Below, in pieces: positions 14,201 to 27,137 of a stretch of DNA of 64,000 nucleotides. How positions within the stretch are numbered: position 1 is the stretch's first letter; the number at the start of each line of letters is the position of its first letter. The position numbers and the translations under genes are program-made. This stretch comes from Balanoglossus misakiensis (taxonomy: Eukaryota > Animalia > Hemichordata): positions 6,592,840-6,656,839 of the forward strand of contig CM082594.2 of NCBI GenBank assembly GCA_040954595.2, written 5' to 3'. The notes under the pieces were generated by a model. The model worked only from the letters and a program-made list of their open reading frames with translations. It made no database searches and was not told the origin of the DNA.

Positions 14201-17169
14201 TATAAAGCGCTTGCGTTTACACCAAGGCCAAAACGGAGCCGCGAAAAACCGAATCAATATCAATCACCCAAAAGCTCACGCAGGATGGCAATCTCTAGTA
14301 GAAGTAGTAATTGTGGGTGGGTGCGCAGTTGTATTTCAAACATAGAATTCACATAATGCAAACCCTGCAGTGTTTATCCCTGGAATCAAATCTCCAACCT
14401 TTTAAAACTTACCGGTAGATTCACAGTTGAACTTCGACACAACCAAATTCCTTGCACATCCTTGACACATCTTTTTTTTCTTTTCAGTCCAAAGATGAGG
14501 TTTGGTTGAAGATGGCAGAGTACCTGACATCCCACATGACCCGCATAATCCACTTTGCTAAGATGATACCAGGATTTCTGAATTTCTGTCAAGAGGATCA
14601 GATCATTCTGATCAAGTCAGGTAGGTAGATCAAAACATGTGATTTTAGTAGCATTCTTGCTTTGTAATAAAAATATCTTAAACCTAGAGTTTTGGCTCTA
14701 TAATGGTTGGTATTTGGCCTCACAAATATGTGTGCATTGCATGAAATAAGGATAAAGCCAATGGCCATTTTCAGTCAAAAGAAAAAAAAGAGAAAAGAAT
14801 ATTGGAAGGTTAAACCTTATTGTCCCTTTAATTGTTCCATGAGAATTTAAAATCTGCAAGAAAAATTTTAAGGGGGAGGTGATGGGAACAGTTGAGAAAA
14901 AATCCACCCCTATTAGTATAACACAGGTAGCTTGAATTCTAATTTTTTACTATGGTTGCTTTTTTACTTGAAATCCAAAATGATTGATGTACCGTGACTT
15001 GTGATCAAAGTCAGCTTTGAAAGTCTCACTCTCAATACTGGCATACTGTGCTGATAGAACGACTTTTCAAATGACTTGCCCACTAAATTACTCCAAGTGC
15101 ACCATTAACTGTTGTGCACGCTTCATGCTTCTCATTGCGCGGTTTTCTAAATGGCAAATCCCAGTGAAGTGGAAAATGTCATTGAAATTTTTTGTGTGAG
15201 TGACCGTGATTCATTTTTGATCTCTAGAATCGATCATTATATTCTCCTGGCAGTATTTCCAAACTTTTTGCATTCAATTTCAATGGGAAAACGGACCCTG
15301 GTGGCAAAATTGTAATTATTTGCATTCCCAGGACTCCAGGCCCAGATTCCATTGCCAGCGAAAACTGGATCTCATATTCTCTGAAGCAAGAAAAAATATC
15401 TCTGGGGACAAACAATGGCAAAAAACAAATAGCATACTTTAAATGCCAAAACAGAGAATATTCTTTATGGGATTATGTTACCTTGAATGATATTGTGAAA
15501 CAGGATATGATTTTATTGACTTTCAACACAAAAGAATTATCATCTTTTGTCATTCACTAAAAACACTAGTACAAACATTGTGCCTTCCTGTCTGAAAATA
15601 TGTATTTAAAAAAATTGCTGTAGAAATAGATTCTGTGAAAATTTCTTGGCTATTTTTTGGCGTGAAAATAAAAATAACTTACACACCAATGCCAAGGCAT
15701 ATTTCTCACAAGATTGCCATCACATCTATTACTTAGACCACTTGCTATTACCATCAGTTACCATGGCAACACTGTCAATATTTGCATACCTTATCTGTAT
15801 GTTCATTCTCACTCTGTCTAGGAGGTCTTGAAGTAATCCTCATCAGGTTAGGGAGACTGTTCGACACCAACACAGGAACTTTCCCAATGTGGGATGGCAA
15901 CTTCACCCTGGAACATCTCAAAAGCCTAGGTAAAATCAAAGAAATTTCATTAGCTTCCCAGATTTAATAAAGCAGAAAAATAGAGAAAAATGGGTAATTC
16001 AGAAAAAAAATGCATGAAATGGATTTATGTTGTTATATTGTACTTCTATTTTCACTAAGAATTTACTATCATGAATAAGACTTATTTTGTTGCATAAAAA
16101 TGACAGAATCCTACATTTATTGGAGGGTATAGTCTCATAGAATTTTGAAGTGTGAAAATATATATTGACAATGTTTCGTTCCGAGATTTCAACTGTACAA
16201 CACGTTTATACCAACTTGTACTTTTAAATGGAACGTGCCAAAGAAAAGATTTACTGTTATAGAACCATTGATAAATTTTCTATCATTATTCATCATAGTG
16301 TGTTTTCACCGTATTCTATTGTCATGGAACTGAAATCGCCAGATCAGTATTAAATCATTATTAAGACAAGTCTTTTTCTCTCTAATTTATCGTATTGGCA
16401 TACAGCAGGAGTAATTAGCCATGACTCTTTCTTTGAGTCCATGTTTGAGCTGTCCAGAAACATCAGCTGTCTGAATCTGAGCGAGGAGGAGCTGGCCCTA
16501 TTCAGTGCTGTTGTGCTTATCACTGGAGGTAGGTCCAAGCGACCTGAGGTGACCCCAGTGGTGACCTCAGAGTGCTTATCTCTGATTGGCTAATAAGTTT
16601 TATGATGTAAATGAAGGCAAAAGTCATGTTATTGATAGCAGTGTGATATCAAATCTCTAGACTGGTTTCCTGCTGGTTGGTCAAGATAATGTGTTTCCAG
16701 GGTGGCCTATATTTATCTGCTAGTGGTGCAGGGGGGACTATTTTCTGACATTACTGGGGCAAATAAAAAAGATATGGCAGTGTAGCTGATAAAGTGTTGG
16801 TATCTGGTGTGGGTAGACTAAACTTCTCAAGATTACGAGTTCTGTGTTTTGAGTTCCAAGGGGAATCTGTGATGTTTATCCACATCAGCACTTGTTTCAT
16901 TTTTTTTAGATCGCAACGGACTGAAAGACAGAAGATCTGTCGAGTTACTGCAGGAGAAGATCCTGGAATGCTTCACCAAAATCCTGCACCGAAATCATCC
17001 CAAGGAACCAGGTCTCCTGGCCAAGGTTTTGATGTTCATGCCAACTCTACGCACCATAAGTACCAGCTACGCCGAGTTAATGAACAAGGCCCTGCAGGAA
17101 AACCCGCACCTGCAGTTCCCGGCGCTGCACGTGGAGTTATTCAGTGATCTCAGCGATATGAACCAATAA
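5283..17169 (+). CDS. ROR: Nuclear receptor NR1F (ROR/HR3-like), 8 coding exons identified; N-terminal exon not resolved
   Basis: GT-AG, phase-consistent exons: 5283-5368 ([28 protein letters not shown]), 11819-11960 ([47 protein letters not shown]), 12199-12567 ([15 protein letters not shown], the NR1F C-terminal extension, plus hinge), 12680-12801, 14488-14620 ([29 protein letters not shown] signature), 15822-15929, 16409-16528 (alternative acceptor 16406), 16910-17169 (AF-2 FPALHVELF, stop TAA). These motifs match ROR/HR3 from recalled sequences. Confidence 0.93.
6565..7171 (+). repeat. Diverged direct duplication of about 145 bp (6565-6711 and 7026-7171) in the ROR intron
   Basis: Collinear blocks GTTGYCATGGCAATG, TTCAAGGYCA, TTCTGCARTCAGT, TGCTGAGTRATCAATT and GAAATGC occur in both copies. 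Confidence 0.75.
9031..9053. repeat. Poly-C homopolymer (23 nt)
   Basis: Seen directly; the poly-G on the minus strand could form a G-quadruplex. Confidence 0.9.
13146..13318 (+). repeat. Diverged short direct duplication in the ROR intron
   Basis: AACGCTCATAAAAAATGAATTTTCTGATCAAA...GGGACTTT recurs about 120 bp later as AACACTCATGAAATATGAAAGTTCTGATCAAA...GGGACTTT. Confidence 0.6.
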
Positions 17170-18691
17170 GGACACGTCACCCTACTATTGAGGTGGTTGT
17201 CCTTACCCATATCAGGAATGGAAGAACCCTTCCTGTGATATCCGTATCATGATTAGGAAGGTGGTTCAACTTTATTCAGGGGTTTGCCGTATGATAATTC
17301 TGTGCCTTTAGACCGTGAGTATGTACAATATTGGTGATGTGGCACAGCAAGATGAAAAAAAAAACTAATTTTTTTTTACCAAATGTTGGTGTGTATCCAT
17401 GCAAGTTCAACTGTTTTTCATAGAATGTGACAATAGGATATTGGAAACACAGAAACCGTAAAACTACCTCACAAGTCAGGTATTTCATCACTATTGAAAT
17501 AAAAATCAAAGAGATAACACACAGGTATTTGTTTAACTTCCAGGCAGTGGCAATTTTACGGAGAAAAAACACACGAAAACTTGACCGGTGTGACGTAATC
17601 TAGAACAGTAGGCAGTACAAAACTGCTAACATATTTTTAAAGAATGGGTTATTGGGTGATACCTTTTTTATTTGGGGGAGGGGGCATGTTACAACATGAT
17701 TTCATTTGGATATTTCACATTCTCAGAAAAAAAGACAAAAATCAGGAAAGTTGACTTTTTTTTCAAGAACAGTCACATATCAACAAATCTTGAGGTGCCA
17801 GTTTCTAAAGAAACTCAAACAGCAAACATATACCTCATGCAGCTCACTTGCAAATATGTTACAATGCATTTGTTATTGCTTCAACACAAACCATTCATAG
17901 AAACCTTGAAAAAAAATAATACTGAGTGATAAATCTTCCATTGCTTATAATGTCCTACACTTGTACACAGACATTTGAACCAAAGACTGAAACATGTTGC
18001 ACTGTGTTGGCAGTGCTTGCATACATATCAGTGGCCAGTCTGACAGAAATGAGTCTATTTGCATAGGAATTGATATGCACTTGTTTGATCACTGTTTGAT
18101 GCCTGGGCAACCAATTACTTAGCACAGCAGATGCGTTTTGAAGATACTTTCTGATTGCTGTTTACTGCTGTCTTTTAGTTTTACCTCTATTCAAAATGCA
18201 TGTACACGCACATTGAATATTTTCCAGAGAGTATTAGTCACTGTTGTGGCAAACAATTTTCAAGATTTTCAAACACTAGCCAAATTTGAATGCTGTTAAA
18301 ACGTCAACCGGTCAAATTTTCGTGGTTCTTTTGTTTTCATCCAAGGATTTCACCACATCATTGGTTTGTGGTTTGTCCAAGGATCCATTCACCAATCAGC
18401 CACTGCTTCGAGCAAAACTTCACCAAAAATGGCATACTTTCTAAGCTAAGACGTTGAACCCATACTTGTGGACTTTTATAGGACTTTCATTTAATGTGAA
18501 TATATATACAATAAATAATAGTTACTGGTTACATAGCTGCATGCGAATACATTCCATAATTTGTAAAATATTACCCACCCAAACTATTATAAATAATTTT
18601 TTGTTTTCTGTAGTGGATAATCTTGCCTGCATGATATAGACATTTGCAAGCATCAACAGTTGTGGAGTTTTCCGACAATGCTGGGTTTATG

Positions 18692-18793
18692 CACAGCAGG
18701 TGCCTGATGTCAAACAGCCGAACGTCTTGTGTAGTGTACTATATAGTATACTATAGAGGCCATTTGGCTGTTGGACATCAACAGGCACCTGTG
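18692..18793. mobile_element. 102-bp foldback MITE with CACAG...CTGTG ends and 8-bp TSD (P- or hAT-type)
   Basis: Near-complete palindrome (CAGGTGCCT-GATGTC-AAACAGCC ... GGCTGTTG-GACATC-AACAGGCACCTG), flanked by a perfect direct repeat GGTTTATG at 18684-18691 and 18794-18801. Confidence 0.8.
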
Positions 18794-19533
18794 GGTTTAT
18801 GGATGGTTATTCAACCGAGTTGATTTCGAAGAGGAGTGTGTGAAATTGACGATGTATGAAAGTAGCCCCAGTGACACTGTTGCTCCCGTGCTGAAGCAAA
18901 TTTGTACAGGTTTTGTTACTGCCACGGCTACCATACAAGTATAGTGTAAAATCTGCATGTGAATGCCAATGAGCTGTAATAGTTTGCATTTTATGATTTT
19001 GTAGCAACTTTTACAGCAGTGTGAACTTCAAGTATATTTGGAGCAAGCACAATCTTCAGAATGATTTGTAAAAACTGTGGGCATGCATGGCTTTTTCGTT
19101 TCATCGGTAACCAGCATTGTCAGATCTTGATCACCTGCATACTGTTTGTAAAATCATGCTTGCACGAGCGTTGGTACTGTGCTGTACAATAGGCCTTTTA
19201 AAATACTGTATTTGGTTTGTAGAATAAAAGTTCTGAGTTATCAGTACTCAAAATAATAATATTAACAACAAAAATGATTGTGTAGATTGTCCATAGCATT
19301 GTACATTGTTTTTCAAGCAAGGATTGTGCTTATGATGAAGTTTTACTCAGGTTTTGGCAAGACGCCATATTGACTTCACATAGCACTGGGTGTACATGTA
19401 TGTTAGGTATATCACCAGTCTAGGTTGTTCTGCATTTCTCAGAACAATCAGAAAACAAAGAATTGTAGCCATGTCGAGAGACCCTTCGCATAGAGTATCT
19501 CTGATCAAGTCTTTCCCAACCAGTAAAGTTGCA

Positions 19534-19620
19534 TTAACCCTTTCACCACCATGGTTCAGTCCAAACCCATCTATGGTTAGGTTGGACCTCTAAAGAGGGA
19601 ACTGGGGGTGAAAGGGTTAA
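19534..19620. mobile_element. piggyBac-type mini-MITE
   Basis: TTAA-CCCTTTCACCACCA ... TGGGGGTGAAAGGG-TTAA: TTAA TSD, CCC/GGG termini and 14-bp TIRs with one mismatch. Confidence 0.75.
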
Positions 19621-22600
19621 ATTGAGTTTAGTTGTTAGAATTTCTGAATTATACTTGTCGTGTAGATTCTAGTATATACCGTGATATACTGCATCATGGG
19701 AGAACCGTATTCACAAAGCAGAAGGGGAAAAGTTTTAAAATTGTAAAAAAAATAATCAATATGGCATCATGTGTGTAAAATCTAAAAAGAAGTGGGTTTT
19801 CAGAAGTGCACATATGCGTGCAAGCAAAATGCCTTTATATTATTTTTAAAAGGGTACTATCATGGCTATACAAAAATTGCTGAAATCAAGGTCTGTAAAT
19901 TACTGTTACAGTGCATTAACCTAAGCAAAATGATGTAGATGTTTAAAAGAAGCAGCGGGAATGACCTGAGGCATTTCAAAAATGTTCATTTCAATCCTTC
20001 AGTAATGTTTCATTTCAAGATGCACGGCCTATATGAGTGTATGTACACTCAGAACTGTAGGACTCCTAATCTTTGAAATGCAGCTCTCGTGATATAGGGA
20101 GTCATGGTAACCACTAGCAACAATTTTGATTAGCAAGGGCTTTAGGGATACCCCACAATTCATTTTTATATTCAGCAAGAAAGATGAGAAGCTTTCACCT
20201 AGAATACAATCATATACACACGTACATCCCCAGGGTTGCGTTATAATCAAAAATCTTTAATTTTGCTCCCCTGATGTGTATCCTATCATGATGGTTATGA
20301 GATTTGACAAGTTCCAGGTAACAGACAGGGGCAGCATATATACATAAATGTCACATACAGGGCTTTCCAAATAGTAAACTTAACATTAATTCGTCAGGGA
20401 AATATAATTGGAAATCGTAAATTACATGATATTTCAGTTTGGAAATTCATTATGTTCGTGTGTATATAGCTGCTATACTAGCAATTTGTCAACGTCAACT
20501 TTGAACTTTTCTTTTTAAAATATTGTTGAGTTAATCTGAACTGGTAAGGTAAATTACGAAGAGCTGCATTCAGTTTCAGAGAAAGTATTAAAAAGACCAC
20601 AAATTGTATGAAATCATCCTGGTTGTGCTAAATCATGTGAACCTGATCTAACGAGGTAAAAATATCGCGTAGCTTTCAAGACTTTAATAAAAATTCCATT
20701 ATGAGGTCTGTGAAATGATAACATGAGATGTAGAGACTACAGCCTTTTCAAAATAAAGGTATTATGTTTGCGTGCATAGGCACATTTCTGGAAATCCATA
20801 TCTGGGATAATCCTTCTGCTAGGTGATCACATCGGTAGTTTTTAATATAACTGTGTGGGTATCAGATACTCAGGGACAGTGCATGCCATTTTGTTTTTGT
20901 TTTCTTGTGTAGTTTTAATGTTTGAGGTATAAAAAAGCAGTGTTTTACTAGTTTTTTTTCTCTCCAAAAAAATGTATATTTTCCTGTAGAGCTTCATCAC
21001 AGTATACGTGTATGACTTTTAATTCTCGTTTTCTTAACATTGTGTTGTACTATTTTTGCTCCTGGATCTTGTACTAATGGTGAATGGAATTTGCCAAAAT
21101 TTTCATAGCTCCCATGACTTGAGAGCTTCATAGATGTTTTTCGTTTTCTTGTGTGTCTAGAATAACATGGTTATATGCTGCAAAATGGAACATTTCTTAG
21201 CAACACAGGGAAACTGTTGCTGCAAAAAATAAGTATTTCCAGAGATGTACTATTTTGATGTTTTTATCGTCATCATTAAAGATATTCACATTTTCTGTAA
21301 ATTGGTTGTTATAGTGACACAAGGACAATATTTTTCATTATCAAAGATTTTACTGCCTACCACTTGTAATGCTGCAAACTTGTAAATATCTCAGGAGAAG
21401 TTTCATTATTTTTTACAATTTGTCCAAAGAAAAATGTTGTTTTCAAGCTGGGTCATGTCGCAGATGAAAACTCTTGAAACCCAAAGAATCTGAATCAGAA
21501 CTTGTTTTTCATTCAAGTACTCAATTTTCTCTACATTTGGGAGGGGTCACTATTTCTTCCTTCATTCATCTAACCATCTGCCAATCCGTTTTTCTAGCTG
21601 CTTGTCAGCCACCCATCAAACAAGCTATCCATGTCATCTACATGTCATCCCTGCTACAGTGCAGTGCAATTATTGACCTTCACTTCAGCTGGTACACATA
21701 GTGGCCATAGGCTCAGGGACACAGTACATGTGTGTGTGTGTGTGTGCATGTTCATGCACGCACACACAGACACACGCGGTCCATAGCCACTTTTCGGAAT
21801 ATAGTATCTACAGAAAAATCTTTACATTTATATATTTTGACTTGTTTGCTGTACAGGATTACCTACGCTAACCTGCTAAGCTGGGAGTGGAAATCTGCAT
21901 GCATGACCCCAGTCATGAAACAACACAGGGACAAATTTTCATGTGAAGTCAATTTATTAAAAAAAATTAATAAGTATTCCCAGGAACACAAGATATACAG
22001 TACGAATTGTGATGGAAACACAGTTTCTGAAAATTGAAATCTTGTAGTTCATGGAATAATCATATAACCAAAGCATCTTTTTCAACTATTGAAGTCTTCA
22101 AAAAGGGACAAAGTATTGTTTTAACGGGGCATTTAGAGCTAATTTTAACTATAAAAATGTACTAACATTTGGTAACATGTAAATTTGGTGGTTTTCACTG
22201 GTGTTGATGAAATCAACAAATTTCATAGTTTATTTGTATTTTTAAAAAATGTAATAGAGTCTTTAATCTTGTTTTCAGATTTCACATTCTGTTTCTTTGA
22301 AATGATAAATTTGGAGCCTTTTTCCTTCTGTATGTTTGGTACTTTGCCATAGAATTGAACTGTACAAAGGTACTACTTAGAGTGTAAAATTGACACACAT
22401 TACACATGTGATGATGTAAATGTAATGTAAATTGTAAAATCAATTTGTTAATGGCTCGAGAAGGTGAATTTATGGACACGGTGAAAAGATTATCCCAGTT
22501 CCTCAAGAAAACGAGCTATGGACTGAGTAACCTCTTGATGTAGTTTGGCCCGTCTGATTAAAGGTTTATTGGGAAAAGAGATTGGGAGAAGATTGGGGCA

Positions 22601-25600
22601 TAGGGAAGGGGGTTGAGAAATTTCTAGTGTGGAGTAAATTTAGTCTATCATAGCAAGAATGAGACTTACCAATGAGACATGCTAAATTGAGATCAGATTA
22701 TTTGGAAAGTTATAAGGGGAGGAAATATGGGAGTCAAATGAATTGAAATGGTTCAAAACAAAATATGAAGCTTCTCCTTGTTTAATCAGTCATTGCTCTC
22801 AGGAAAATGTCACCCGGTATGATGTGTTTGATTTTGTCATCCTTGAAGTCAATCTTGAAGTCAATACTAAAGAGGATTTGTAGTGATTCCTCAGCGATTT
22901 CAATAGCTGTTAACTTGAGTAGCTCTACTGAAGTGCGAAAACAATATGAAGTCGTACTGGAAGCTGATTTATTCTCTGTTTGGCCAGACCCTCTTGTGTG
23001 TAGGGCAACTTTCTTTTGTCAATTTGAACGAATGACAAGGATAACCCCCATGACACCAGTCATCTTTGAAGGGAAGCGCCATGTGTATACAATTCCCTGT
23101 TGAACAGAACATATTTTCTCTAATCCTTTACTGTTACTATGGGAACACTGTGTACAATGGGTAAAATGAAGACACAGTGGAAAAATTGAGTCAAATCATG
23201 ATTGCATGCATAAGCTCCTGGCGGGTTAACGCCTTGTCAGTGACTTTCTGGGTCATTGGGTCATTGTATCGAGAATGTAATATTAAAACAGGTTTTGGGC
23301 AGAAAATATTTTGGATTTAGCAATTGTGAAATCAAAATGTTTCTGAAGAACTGATGCTGTATCAAACTGTCACAATTGAGGGGAGTGTCCTGGGCCATAA
23401 TGTAAATATTGACCTGAACAGAATTGAAAAAAAAATCTATATTTAGCAGCATTTCCATTTCTGCATTGTGCCGGTAGCTGGATTTGAAATACCAGCAACT
23501 GTGTTAGTTTCTGATGGAAACGGGCAGTGTTTGACATTGGCATCACCTTGAGTATCAGACACTAGAAGTTGATAAGCTGATTTGTGATCATCTGGGCCAA
23601 TGTGAATCTGATCAAAGACACTGATGCAATTGTGACAAATTTGGTAACTTTGTGAAACTTTCCATCATTGTTTCCCTGTGAAACAGTTATTGAAGCAAAA
23701 AGTACGGGGAAAAAAGCATGTCTGGTCTAAACAACACCTCAGTCACAGATAACCATGTACCTGGTTCTGGAAATTGGAATGTTCATTCCCACAATGCATT
23801 AAATCTAGCCAGTTCAACCACAAGTGTTTGAACTTGATGCTGTCACAGGGAAGGTCATTTGAAAATGAGTATTTCCTGGAACTGTTTACACAATTGAACA
23901 AAAATAGAATGCGTTGATTAAAATCTTGCTATATATAGACAAGTTTGAGCACCATGTGCAGAGCAGTGCACATGCGAGAAGGAAAAGCATCTTTGCAGGC
24001 ATTTTTCACCAAATGAAACTTTTGGAAAATTAAACTTCTGTATGACTTTTAATAATTTTTATCGGTTCATGGAAACTGATGCGTGATGCATCAAGTTAGA
24101 AACCACTCCGAGTCAGCTGACAACTCTGTGTACAGACTTTTTGAGAAAAAAAATTAATCTTCAGTAGAGTTTTTTTAAAGAACTGTAAACGATATAAGGT
24201 ATTTTATCAATATGTGTTGTATTTTCCACAGCCCTTTTAGAGATACAACTAAACTTGCAACTGTGATTAAACATTTGAAAAATCAATTTATGTGGGTGAT
24301 CAGATGTGTGGAATAAATGCTAAGTCACAATATCTTGATTAAGATGGTTTGTGATGTGCATTTAACAATGAGTGAATGAACTGGGGGCAGAGTTTTCTCT
24401 AATCCATCCATTTGTTTTTCTTGGAATGCACTGATCTGCTGCTGTGCTGTGTGAATGAGTATGTACTACAGACAACACAAGAAAATGATTTTCACTTGGA
24501 GGGCCATACAAAAAAGTGCACCACCACATGCTCATGAGAGGCGCAATCAGAAGTCGAACAGTGAGCAGATTTTTGGATGAACGAATGCGCATTACAGCAC
24601 TTTCTCCCAGCTTGTGTAGTACATACGCGTCTCACAAATGCACATCATGGTTCAGATGTTTTAGCCCTCTATGCAGTCTCTTGACATACAACATCTACTC
24701 TGATATGTGACAATGGCAAAGTTCATATTTTTTAGGGGCGCTACCACATGTACCCACCTCGGGTTAGGGTTTTAAATCACTTCTATCATTAAGTACTCTC
24801 AATTTTAAAAAGATGGTGGATTGGTTTTTTAAAGTTGTGTATCATGTTATTGGTGGGACGTCATCTTACCTTGTCTTGTATCTTTATTCTCCCCATCACT
24901 AACAATTTTGTGGATTTTTAGAAGCTACAAATTCCTGTACAGTTTTAAGTTTCTGAAATGGAAAAGACAATACCATACCGTTATTTGTACCGATTTAGAA
25001 AATAAAAACCGATTAGATATATGAACAACACTGACTCATGAATATTCCATCATTTTTAGATATATTCTCATTGAGTGGTTGGCGCTGGATCTATTATTCC
25101 ATGCTGCCAATCCCACACTCCCAGCGGCAAGGAATGTGTGAGAATAACTTTTCCCATTTATACAGACAATACGAGGAGATTTTAGCATTTGAGGGAATGG
25201 ATGAGAGCTTCACAGCTTCTGATGAAAAATCTGACCCTTTTGACTTTGACCCCAATTTTTAATGATGAAAGTGCCTCTTTGCCATTACATGTACTGAGCT
25301 GTATTGCGATGAAAAGCTGTGTAAATGACGACCACACTTAAATTGACATAGTCTCTATACAAAGTGTTCCAAGGTATACACCTGGGAATCAGCCTTTCCT
25401 TGAACTATATAATCCATTACACACATATTGGGTTGAGGTGTTCTCTTTATTATTGGGTGTGGTTACTCTGAATTATAGAGGACAGCTGATTTCAATTTCA
25501 AAGCCATTTTTGTATTGTGCCCTCACATACAAGCTGCCATATTTCAGCATTATTTCATGTTTCATTTCAATGCACATTTGATAGAAAATGTCCTGCATGT

Positions 25601-27137
25601 TAGATGGAGAACCTCCCTAATAACATCCAGTACTGTCACACTTGTTGGTAGAGGGCGTACTAAATCAGTGGTGGTACAGAGCACAGCGTTTACGGTAATA
25701 CCCTCCCCAGTTACAGTTATTCTAAAATCACTAGGCGTCACAACTGCACACTGGTCTATGTTTTAAAAAAGAACATCAACCATAGGTACCGGTTCTTTAA
25801 TTCCTGTAGAAATGTGCTCATATTGATATCCATGCAACATGTTCAACACAATTAATTCTTTTATAATCATTTATTGATATATCAAAATAATCATTTTTAC
25901 ATCAATGCTTGTACTTTTAAAATCATGTTCATGGGAAAAAACAATAGCAATTATCAGAATTTACATGAATAAAATATAATAAACCATCCAAATCATCAGT
26001 AATATTTTACCCATCATACAGAGATCATTATTAATTTTGCAGACATGTAATCAGTGTTTACTCTAAAAAAATCATTTGAAAATAATCATGTTTATCAGTG
26101 ATAACTTGCATTTTATCCAAATGTTCATCCTGCCACCCCTTTTATAATTAGTGGACTAACCCATCAAATAGAGATGTACAGAATAGTTACTGGTTGTACT
26201 ATTTTGCATAGGTCATGTGAAGGGTGTGATCTGTTCGAGGACATTGCTTTTGTGAAGAAAATACAACTAATTTTGGGAATTTTCATTTTTCTATTTACTC
26301 GTATGCAGCATATTTCTAAAAGGCAGTATTTTATACCGGTATTTTGGCAGTTCAAGTTATGCAGAAAAAAACCCTGGTGGAATTATAGTAAAAAGTTCGT
26401 TCATAATAAATGAAAACGTAACTCCGTTGGCAGTTATATTGACAGGGATGGTGTGAAATAAAATAACATAAGAAAATAAAATAAAACAATACAACATAAA
26501 TGTTACTCAGTATTAAAAACTTTAAACCTTGGTATATTCAAACAAAATAAATCACTTTTAGGACTCTGTTTGGCAGTTACAGTTTGGTATTCAGCTCATT
26601 TTACAAAAAAAGGGGGATGTCGTTTTTACTGAGGTAATGTAATGTAATGAAATGAGCAATACAACTATAAAAATTAACTGGCAGTTCCTTTAGACTAATA
26701 TCGCGGCATGGGCAGTGCAGTACGATTGACATTAAAAGAAAACATGTACATTGAATTCACAAAACAGAAATCCAATTTTAGACGATGAGGGGTCAGTTTC
26801 AGGAGAAAAGCCACTGAATGGTATGCTTCTTGAATTGAAATGAAAAGACAGTATTTTTACACTCATAACTCGTAAAATTCCTATTTTTAGGCAAATTTAG
26901 ACCAACGTTGATGTGGACCAGTAAATTTAGAAAGTTATTCCCTATGGGTTAAGGTACGCAACATTACACCTTGTTATTCTCGGGGAACTTCACAACTTCA
27001 GTGCAGAATGGAGAACTCACTCCGGTCATAGGAAATATTATATTATTCCATTCCAGAATAACATACAGGGGTGGACGGGATCTTGCATGCAGGGTGGTCA
27101 GGATCTAACAAGCAGGGCGCACTCAACTCGGAACCAT

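Noticed and set aside
16794-17147. 117-aa ORF
   Set aside because: Wrong-frame overlap of the last ROR exon.
17170-27137. Hidden gene in the 10-kb gap between ROR and POC5
   Set aside because: No chain of exons with coherent protein sequence was found; the region looks like 3' UTRs and intergenic DNA.
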